Positions 28,557-36,183 of a stretch of DNA of 36,183 nt are shown here, in pieces. Each line of letters opens with the position of its first letter. Within the stretch, counting starts at the first letter, position 1. The stretch is from sequence record SRR16203515_1105. One strand, 5' to 3'. The position numbers were made by a program, and so were the translations under genes. The notes under the pieces were generated by a model, which saw only the letters and a list, made by a program, of their open reading frames with translations, was not told where the DNA came from and did no database searches.

Positions 28557-31103
28557 CTTGCCCATTGCCCGTTTTGTTTTGGTTGTCGGCATGGCTGTGG
28601 CCGGATCATCCGGCCAAAAATGTTTGGGGTAGCGGCCTTTCATTTCTTTTTGGACCTCCTTATAGCTACCTTGCCAAAAGCCGATGATATCGCGAGTAGT
28701 TTGTAGCGGTCGCCCCGCCGGAGACAGCAATTCATACACCACTTGCACCCGACCATTGGCCAGCGTAATAGGGGTATCTAAGCCATACAATTCCTGCATT
28801 TTTACCGATAGCACCACATCACCATTATCGCGATAATCGAGTCGCGCATTGCGCCCGGTGGGAATGGCCACACTGGATGGCAAATACTGACTTAATGCAT
28901 CTTGTTGCGGCCAGCTTAAGCCATTGTTGAGAATATTTTTCCACGGTAAGGCGGCGAGCCCTTGCGTACTTTTACACTGCCCTAGCGATGATGCTAACAC
29001 TAACTGGGCATTGTCTAACACCTGCTGTAACTCGGTAGGCCATGGATCAGGCGTATCAAACGCCTGGGGCTGAGCCAGATTTATCTGCCCGGCCAATTTA
29101 ACTTTATTCCACCACTGCCAGTCGCTTTCCGACAATGGCCACTGGGCTAACGGCAGGTTAGCTAAATAGTCGCGCCATGCCCGACTGGTTTGCACTTGCC
29201 AGAAATCATTTTGTTGTCCCCGTTCTTGCTTCGATATAGGCGCAGATTCTAGTTCAATGGCATAAAATGCCTTTACCTTACGTGCTTCCATGGTTTGCTT
29301 CTCAGCATTGAACTGAACACGGTAGTCGCTGTTAAAAGCATCAGGATAAAGAGCATTGAGTTGGGCTAATGATAAGGGCTGTGCCAGCCTTATTTTTACT
29401 TCATTGCCTATATGCTGCCCCTGTAGCACTGCCACCCATTCCGGTGATGAAGCATGGTTTAACGCTGCCCCTTTGCCACTGGCAAGTTTATACCCTTTAC
29501 CTCGGCGCTGTGCTACTTGCATGGGGAAAGCAATAGCAATACATAGGGCCAAGGCGTCATCATCAAGCTGGTGTATCGCCAGAGAATCTCGCGTTAACCC
29601 CACATATTGGGCAAAACGTTTTGCCTGCTGAGTAAGTTCATTGCGAGAGTTGCCATTTAAGGTAAGTAAGTGCTCAGAAACATACACCTCTTTCACCTGA
29701 CCTTGCACTTGTGACAACGCTGCGACGAAAGGCGCGGCGAGTTTTATTGCTTGTTTTTGCTGCGGGCTAAATCCGGCTAGGTTATTTACCCCTTGTTTGG
29801 CAAACAAGAGTAAGTGGGCTAATTGAGGGTGACAGGGAATTTCTGCCAGTGCTCGGCCATAGGTGCTGATCTCGCCGCTATCATTTATCGCACCGATACG
29901 TGCAAGGCAGGCGGAGGCAATGGTGTATTGTGCGGGCGATGGCTGAGACAGCATGGCTAATTGTGACGGCTGAGCACCCCAGTTAAGGGTTTCAAGTAAT
30001 AAAGGCGCGATATCTTCTCGTAACAATTGAGGGGTGCTATGTTCGGCGAGACGCTCGAAGCTACTTTTACTGCATAACCGGTAACACACGCCTTCACTCA
30101 CTCGCCCTGCCCGCCCCATGCGCTGGATGGCGGAGGCTTTTGAAATTCGTTTTTGGGTGAGTTGGGTTAGCCCGCTACTAGGGTGAAACTCTGCCTGGTT
30201 TTCCCACAAGCTGTCTATCACCACTTTCACGCCTTCAATCGTTAAACTGGTTTCGGCTATATTGGTGGCCAGAATGATTTTTTGCCGTTGCTGAGGGTCT
30301 GGGGCAATCGCCGCTTGTTGCGCCTGTTTTCCCATGGCACCAAACAGGGTATGAACAACACAATCGCTGGTAGCTTGATGCTGTGCAATTCTTAAGCTCA
30401 CCGCATTAATCGCGCCTGCGCCGGGCAAAAACACCAGCACATCACCTTGATGCTTAACAAGCACCTGCAAAATCACCTCGACACAATGATTAATTAATTC
30501 ATGGACAAGAATATCTTTGCTGTAGCACACCTTAACAGGAAACGTACGGCCCTCTGTTTGTAAGTGTTGTGTGGCAACGGGAGTGTACTGCTGAAACAGG
30601 CGCTCTATTGGTGCGATGTCTAAGGTGGCCGACATCACCATTAAGCGTAAATCTTCACGCAACCCTGCCTGCACTTCCAGCGCTAGGGCTAAACCAAAGT
30701 CGCTATGAATACTTCGTTCGTGAAATTCATCAAAAATAATTACCGACACCCCTGAAAGTTCAGGGTCGCTTTGGATCATGCGCGATAAAATACCCTCGGT
30801 GATGATCTCCAACCGTGTATTGGCTGATACCTTGCTTTCACCGCGTATGCGATAGCCTACGGTTTCACCTACAGGCTCACCTACTACGCCCGCCATGTAT
30901 TGGGCGAGATTACGCACCACCACACGACGTGGCTGCATCAGTAATATTTTACCTTCCACCTCGGTGTTTAATAAGGCTAAGGGCAATACGGTAGATTTAC
31001 CCGCTCCCGGTGGGGCGCCAATGATCAAATTGTTACTACCAATGGCGCGGCGAAGGGGCTCAACTAAGGAAAACGCGGGTAAATGGGATAACGATTGCAA
31101 CAT
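28554..31103 (-). CDS. hrpB: ATP-dependent DEAH-box RNA helicase HrpB
   Basis: APPGAGKST, DEFHER, MSAT, ATNIAETSLTI, QRMGRAGR and HrpB C-terminus YKEVQKEMKGRYPKHFWPDDP. Confidence 0.95.
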   Translation of the reverse strand: MLQSLSHLPAFSLVEPLRRAIGSNNLIIGAPPGAGKSTVLPLALLNTEVEGKILLMQPRRVVVRNLAQYMAGVVGEPVGETVGYRIRGESKVSANTRLEIITEGILSRMIQSDPELSGVSVIIFDEFHERSIHSDFGLALALEVQAGLREDLRLMVMSATLDIAPIERLFQQYTPVATQHLQTEGRTFPVKVCYSKDILVHELINHCVEVILQVLVKHQGDVLVFLPGAGAINAVSLRIAQHQATSDCVVHTLFGAMGKQAQQAAIAPDPQQRQKIILATNIAETSLTIEGVKVVIDSLWENQAEFHPSSGLTQLTQKRISKASAIQRMGRAGRVSEGVCYRLCSKSSFERLAEHSTPQLLREDIAPLLLETLNWGAQPSQLAMLSQPSPAQYTIASACLARIGAINDSGEISTYGRALAEIPCHPQLAHLLLFAKQGVNNLAGFSPQQKQAIKLAAPFVAALSQVQGQVKEVYVSEHLLTLNGNSRNELTQQAKRFAQYVGLTRDSLAIHQLDDDALALCIAIAFPMQVAQRRGKGYKLASGKGAALNHASSPEWVAVLQGQHIGNEVKIRLAQPLSLAQLNALYPDAFNSDYRVQFNAEKQTMEARKVKAFYAIELESAPISKQERGQQNDFWQVQTSRAWRDYLANLPLAQWPLSESDWQWWNKVKLAGQINLAQPQAFDTPDPWPTELQQVLDNAQLVLASSLGQCKSTQGLAALPWKNILNNGLSWPQQDALSQYLPSSVAIPTGRNARLDYRDNGDVVLSVKMQELYGLDTPITLANGRVQVVYELLSPAGRPLQTTRDIIGFWQGSYKEVQKEMKGRYPKHFWPDDPATAMPTTKTKRAMGK

Positions 31104-31253
31104 ACACACAACATAACGAAAAAATGTCTGAGACTATTGTACCTGAAGTCAATAATGGGGCTAGCGTACTCAGCTGCTTTTTTCTCGCCCCTATTTCCCT
31201 GCGTGTTTGTATGCCAAAATAATACACTCTGTGAACATGTACGAGGCCGATTT

Positions 31254-31907
31254 ATGCGCTGTTTTATCGGGTTAGATTTAGGTGTGAGTGAAAAATTAGC
31301 GTTGGATAGTTGGCGGCAACAAGCGTTACCGAACATCGCTTCCAGCATACCGAGTCGTGACATAAGCACTAAAGCGGGGAGCAAAAAAGGCCGTCAAAGA
31401 AAATCGGCCCGAGAGGGCTCGAGTTCACAGCCCTACGCCGTGAATGCGGCGAACTATCACGTTACCCTGTGCTTTTTAGGGCAGATTAGCCATCGGCAGC
31501 ACGAAGCGCTGATTAGCGAATTAGACTGCCTGGCCCATGCACCGTTTTCAATTAACCTTGATAGCAGTGGTATCTGGAATGGCCCTAAAATTTTGTTTGC
31601 CGCTCCCTCCTCACCTCCTAATGAGTTAATGCAACTTGCCCGCAGTACACGCAAAGCAGCACGTAACGCAGCGATAGAGGTAGATGGTCGGGAATACAAG
31701 CCCCACGTGACTGTGGTGCGCAAAGCCAATGCCGCACTGCCGATGCCTTTGTATGCACCGCATATTGATGTGTCTGTTTCGGCCTTTCACTTATTTGAAT
31801 CTGTCTCGACGCCGCAAGGAGTGAGTTACCCTATACGCCATAGCTGGCCGCTCAACCATGCCATTTCCGTGCGAGAAAAATTGCGCCGAGGCCTCATCGA
31901 CGAATAA
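31254..31907 (+). CDS. thpR: RNA 2',3'-cyclic phosphodiesterase (2H phosphoesterase, LigT)
   Basis: MRCFIGL start with GAGG SD. Two HxT motifs (YHVTL, PHVTV). Divergent from hrpB as in enterobacteria. Confidence 0.9.
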   Translation: MRCFIGLDLGVSEKLALDSWRQQALPNIASSIPSRDISTKAGSKKGRQRKSAREGSSSQPYAVNAANYHVTLCFLGQISHRQHEALISELDCLAHAPFSINLDSSGIWNGPKILFAAPSSPPNELMQLARSTRKAARNAAIEVDGREYKPHVTVVRKANAALPMPLYAPHIDVSVSAFHLFESVSTPQGVSYPIRHSWPLNHAISVREKLRRGLIDE

Positions 31908-31990
31908 TCGCGATGTTTGCTCCTTAGCCTCTTTACTTCGAGGATGCTGAGGGGTACAAAGGAAACCTGTTTTTCTCAATGACAAAACCC

Positions 31991-32845
31991 ATGCAACAAA
32001 CGTTTCGCTTAGTTATCGACTGCCCTGACAAAGTGGGCTTGGTGGCGCGGGTCTCGCAACTTCTTGCGGATCATAATGCCACTATCGTTGAAGCCAATCA
32101 CCATACCGATATGCAAACCGGTCGTTTTTTTATGCGCCATGAAATTGGTGCCGACTCACTCCAGCTCGATTACGCCAGCTTTCTCACAGAGTTTACTCCA
32201 CTGGCTAACGAATATCAGATGAACTGGAAACTCACCGACTCGTCGAAAAAGCAGCGGGTAGCCCTACTAGCTAGCGTGGAGTCTCATTGTTTGGTTGATT
32301 TGCTACACCGCTGGCATACCGGTGAGTTAGATTGCGACATTCCGTGTATTATTGGCAACCACCCGCAAATGAAGCAGTTTGCCGATTGGTATAAAGTGCC
32401 CTTTCACTGGGTCGATTTTAAAGCGTTAGGAAAAGAGGCGGCTTTTGCGCAAATCGCCACCTTGCTCGACGAGTACAAAATAGACCTCACAGTGCTGGCC
32501 CGCTTTATGCAAATTTTACCCGACTCGTTGTGCCAGCAGCTAAAAGGCAAAGCCATTAATATTCATCACAGCTTCTTACCTAGCTTCGCCGGTGCTAAAC
32601 CCTATCAGCAAGCCTACGATAGAGGCGTAAAATTAATCGGGGCCACCTGCCATTACGTCACCAAAGACTTAGATGAAGGGCCCATTATAGAGCAAAGCGT
32701 CAAGCGCATTAGTCACAGTGATAGCGCCGCAGATATGGTAAGAAAAGGCAAAGACTGTGAGGTGACCGCGCTAGCTCATGGTGTACGCTACCACCTAGAA
32801 GACAGGGTTATTATTCACCGAAATAAAACCGTGGTCTTTGCCTAG
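31991..32845 (+). CDS. purU: Formyltetrahydrofolate deformylase
   Basis: ACT domain CPDKVGLVA, LARFMQIL, INIHHSFLPSFAGAKPYQQA and GVKLIGATCHYVT. ATG 31979 is an alternative start. Confidence 0.95.
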   Translation: MQQTFRLVIDCPDKVGLVARVSQLLADHNATIVEANHHTDMQTGRFFMRHEIGADSLQLDYASFLTEFTPLANEYQMNWKLTDSSKKQRVALLASVESHCLVDLLHRWHTGELDCDIPCIIGNHPQMKQFADWYKVPFHWVDFKALGKEAAFAQIATLLDEYKIDLTVLARFMQILPDSLCQQLKGKAINIHHSFLPSFAGAKPYQQAYDRGVKLIGATCHYVTKDLDEGPIIEQSVKRISHSDSAADMVRKGKDCEVTALAHGVRYHLEDRVIIHRNKTVVFA

Positions 32846-32923
32846 ACGGTAGTGGTTTACGCGTGATTGGCCCATAAGGCTAACGTTTACGTCATCGCCA
32901 AATTAGGGCGTATTAATTACGCC

Positions 32924-33442
32924 CTACACTGCACTCACTCTAAGCGCGCGTCTTAGCCTCAAGTAATACCAGGTATTGGAGAGCGCGAACAAGGCTTCTG
33001 TTATTGCAAGGCCCCAGGTCTGGGTTACCACGCCATAGATGGTGAAATTGAGCGAGCCCACGATCATACATACCCGCAAGCCTGCTTCTTTACAATGAAG
33101 CTCGCCAAATCGATAGGCCATAAAGGTAAATGCCGGCATGGTTTCAATTAGCGAGGTTTTACCGGTTAAGTTATTCACGGTTAACACCAAGCACATCATG
33201 GTGATCAAGGTCACATAGGTGGCAATAGGTGATAGCAATTTCTGCTTTATCAGGCGGTAGCTGGTGCTCATACCTGCCACAGCAATAACAATTGCACCGC
33301 CCCAGGCCTGTTCAAAGGCCAACAAAGAACCGATGGCAACACACAACCCTAGATTAAGAAAAAGCAGTTTGCGTTCGGTATTAGACCAGAAGGACGCGAG
33401 CGCAAAGGCCACGGGAAAACCATGCAGTAAAAATTCAACCAT
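32924..33442 (-). CDS. YgjV-like inner membrane protein
   Basis: 172 aa, about 6 hydrophobic segments, C-terminal LR..M...YG....W...ITE pattern resembling Imp-YgjV. Confidence 0.6.
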   Translation of the reverse strand: MVEFLLHGFPVAFALASFWSNTERKLLFLNLGLCVAIGSLLAFEQAWGGAIVIAVAGMSTSYRLIKQKLLSPIATYVTLITMMCLVLTVNNLTGKTSLIETMPAFTFMAYRFGELHCKEAGLRVCMIVGSLNFTIYGVVTQTWGLAITEALFALSNTWYYLRLRRALRVSAV

Positions 33443-33767
33443 TTGACTTCACTTCAAATCGACAATAACAAGATGCGGCGGTAGGCACAAAGCCATGAAA
33501 AAACGCGCGCAGTGTAAAGTTGAACGGTATGAATGCCAATGGAAATTTTGTCATTTTCGACGAAATACATAGCCCATGGCTATACTGGCTGTTATTGGTG
33601 AGAATCGTTAATGTGCAATGAATTAAGTTAAACAGTATTTTACTTAATTTTACATTCTAATATGATGACCGAGACAATATAAAATCTGAGCAGCGCAGAG
33701 CAGATCTTCTCATTCTTTTTGCTACTGTGGTGCGCATTGATAACAACAAAATAAGGCAGAAATATCT

Positions 33768-35948
33768 ATGGGTAAATTTTCTTCTTCACTCACGGCGCTA
33801 GCTGTGGTCATGGCACTAGGCGGCTGTTCACAGCCAACCACGCCTGAGCAATCTACCGCTGAGATGGTGGTGGGTGCTGATAGCACACAATATGACAATG
33901 TACTTATGCAGCCTTTTGAAGGCCCATACGGTGGTGTACCCGCCTTCGATAAGATGAAGCTGGAACAACTTAAACCAGCATTAGAAAAAGCCATGGCGTT
34001 AAACCTAGAAGAAATTGACGCCATTGCCAATAACGACGCTCCCCCTACGTTTGAAAACGTGATTGTGCCGATGGAAAAAGCCGGCGCTGAACTAAGCCGC
34101 GTATTTACTTACTACGGCATATGGAGCTCGAATAAATCAAGCCCAGAATTTCGTGAGATCCAAGCTGAGATGTCACCAAAACTGTCTGCCTTCAGCACTA
34201 AAATCATTCAAAATGAGAAGCTTTTTGCACGGGTAAAAGCGGTTTATGAATCCGATGAGATGACCACTCTGACTCCGGAAGAGCAGCGTGTGACGTGGAT
34301 GCGCTACAACCGTTTTGCGCGCAATGGCGCCACCCTTGATGATGCGGCGAAAAAGCGTTACGCCGAAATTAACCAAGAGCTTGCGACACTGCAGACTAAG
34401 TTCTCTAACAACATTCTTGCCGATGAAGAAAACTATGTAACTTACATCACAGAAGACCAACTTGATGGGTTACCTGCATCCTTTGTTACCGCAGCGAAAG
34501 CGGCCGCTGAGGCGCGGGGCGAAGCAGGCAAATATGCCATCACCAATACCCGTTCTTCTATGGACCCTTTCCTTACCTACTCGACCGATCGCGAATTGCG
34601 AGAGAAGGTATGGCGTACCTATTATAACCGTGGCGATAATGCAGATAACTTTGATAACAACGCGCTGATTAAACGCATTCTTACCTTGCGTGATGAGCGT
34701 GTTGAGTTACTTGGCTACGATAACTATGCCCAGTGGCGCTTAGAAGATCGTATGGCGAAAAACCCTGAAAACGCCATGGATTTAATGATGGCAGTATGGC
34801 CAGCAGCTATCGCCCGGGTAGAAGAAGAAGTGGCTGATATGCAAGCCATTGCAGATGCAGAAGGCAAAGATATCACCATTGCACCGTGGGATTATCGTTT
34901 CTACGCAGAAAAAGTGCGTCAAGCAAAATACGATCTAGACTCCAACGAAGTGAAGCAGTATCTGCAATTAGGGAAACTTAGAGAAGCCATGTTTTATGTG
35001 GCCGGTCGCTTATTTAATTTTGCCTTTACCCCAGTGGAAGAAGGTAAGGTGCCGGTATTCCATGACGATGTAAAAGTATGGGAAGTAACTGACAAAGATT
35101 CTGGTGAGCATATTGGTTTATGGTACCTAGACCCCTTTGCAAGAAAAGGGAAGCGTTCTGGCGCCTGGGCGACCACGTACCGTTCGTACACCACCTTTGA
35201 TGGCAAGAAAACCGTGCTTGCGTCGAATAACTCGAATTTTGTAAAAGGCGCAGAGGGCGAAGCCACACTTATCTCGTGGGATGATGCCGAAACCTATTTC
35301 CATGAGTTCGGGCATGCACTACATTTCTTGTCAGCCGATGTGAAATACCCTACCTCACACTCTGGTGTGCGGGATTACACCGAGTTTCAGTCACAACTAC
35401 TAGAACGTTGGTTAACCACTGATGAAGTCATCGATCAGTTCTTGGTACACCATGAAACCGGCGAACCTATTCCAGAAGCGTTGGTAGCAAAAATCAAAAA
35501 AGCGTCCACCTTTAATGAAGGTTTCAAGACCACAGAGTACATGGCCTCAGCCATTATGGACTTGAAATACCACACCACGGATCCAAGCAAGATTGAGCCA
35601 GACGCCTTTGAGCGGGAAGAACTGGCAAAGCTTGATATGCCGGAAGAAATCGTGATGCGTCACCGCTCGCCTCACTTTGGCCATGTTTTCTCTAGCGAAG
35701 GCTATGCCGCAGCTTACTACGGCTATATGTGGGCAGAGGTGTTAACTGCAGACGCCGCTGAAGCCTTTATGGAAGCGCCTGGGGGCTTTTACGACAAAGA
35801 AGTGGGCGACCGCTTAGTGAAATACCTATTCTCAGTACGCAACGCCATGGACCCCGCTGAAGCGTACCGCAAATTCCGCGGCCGCGATGCCAAGGTCGAT
35901 GCGCTAATGCGTGATAGAGGCTTTCCGGTACCTAAGGAAAGCAACTAA
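33768..35948 (+). CDS. M3 family metallopeptidase (peptidyl-dipeptidase Dcp-like), predicted lipoprotein
   Basis: Lipobox LGG|C; KRSGAW, zinc motif HEFGH, EFQSQ and GYAAAYYGYMWAEV. Confidence 0.92.
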   Translation: MGKFSSSLTALAVVMALGGCSQPTTPEQSTAEMVVGADSTQYDNVLMQPFEGPYGGVPAFDKMKLEQLKPALEKAMALNLEEIDAIANNDAPPTFENVIVPMEKAGAELSRVFTYYGIWSSNKSSPEFREIQAEMSPKLSAFSTKIIQNEKLFARVKAVYESDEMTTLTPEEQRVTWMRYNRFARNGATLDDAAKKRYAEINQELATLQTKFSNNILADEENYVTYITEDQLDGLPASFVTAAKAAAEARGEAGKYAITNTRSSMDPFLTYSTDRELREKVWRTYYNRGDNADNFDNNALIKRILTLRDERVELLGYDNYAQWRLEDRMAKNPENAMDLMMAVWPAAIARVEEEVADMQAIADAEGKDITIAPWDYRFYAEKVRQAKYDLDSNEVKQYLQLGKLREAMFYVAGRLFNFAFTPVEEGKVPVFHDDVKVWEVTDKDSGEHIGLWYLDPFARKGKRSGAWATTYRSYTTFDGKKTVLASNNSNFVKGAEGEATLISWDDAETYFHEFGHALHFLSADVKYPTSHSGVRDYTEFQSQLLERWLTTDEVIDQFLVHHETGEPIPEALVAKIKKASTFNEGFKTTEYMASAIMDLKYHTTDPSKIEPDAFEREELAKLDMPEEIVMRHRSPHFGHVFSSEGYAAAYYGYMWAEVLTADAAEAFMEAPGGFYDKEVGDRLVKYLFSVRNAMDPAEAYRKFRGRDAKVDALMRDRGFPVPKESN

Positions 35949-35971
35949 CCCTAGCTAGTACTTCGTACCCT

Positions 35972-36012
35972 AAAAGGCCAGACAGATGACCTCGTCACTG
36001 TCTGGCCTTTTT
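35972..36012 (+). terminator. Rho-independent terminator (potentially bidirectional)
   Basis: AAAAGGCCAGACAG...CTGTCTGGCCTTTTT. Confidence 0.85.
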
Positions 36013-36183
36013 ATTTGGCGCCGCTTTTAACACTAAAATGCGGTTTTGCTAAAAAGCCGATAAATCTATAATAGTTTGCAATTTACTGCCGATATGCATT
36101 AATAACAATACGCCTAACGTTTAGTGTTTCTGCTGGGGTTCGCCCTTTATGTTCAGTCTCAGTTGGCTTAAACAATGGCTTTC

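Noticed and set aside
31095-31253. N-terminal extension of thpR and the antisense ORF 31064..31384
   Set aside because: Covers the divergent promoter region; ThpR similarity and an SD begin at 31254.

Overview
36 kb of gene-dense gammaproteobacterial chromosome. Gene content and protein style suggest Alteromonas or a close Alteromonadaceae relative (inference). I saw no rRNA, tRNA, CRISPR array, IS element, integrase or prophage. Gene order: 5'-truncated 7TM-DISM/BarA-type hybrid kinase; DUF2982-like gene with an unannotated 38-aa upstream ORF; RND pump + adaptor + TetR; pyrB-hemL; DyP-family protein and ggt; glnK-amtB with a sigma54/IHF/NtrC promoter; an orphan TonB/TolA-like protein; DMT-AraC; DUF808; a co-oriented RIO1 kinase/DEAD-box helicase/methyltransferase/SRAP block; a small sigma54-type locus; mrcB; a tiny ankyrin-like ORF; lytic transglycosylase; hrpB; thpR; purU; ygjV-like; and an M3 lipoprotein peptidase. 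Best candidate for an undescribed system: the locus at about 23700-24483, with PspF-like enhancer sites, IHF and sigma54 motifs, a structured leader, a secreted 99-aa protein, an unannotated 35-aa membrane peptide and a structured 3' tail. Other leads: a DyP that has lost both distal catalytic residues, a LadS-sensor/GacS-transmitter chimera, and a TonB-like protein with a novel C-terminal domain behind a possible leaderless sigmaE promoter. All family calls come from motif recognition by eye; no database searches were run.
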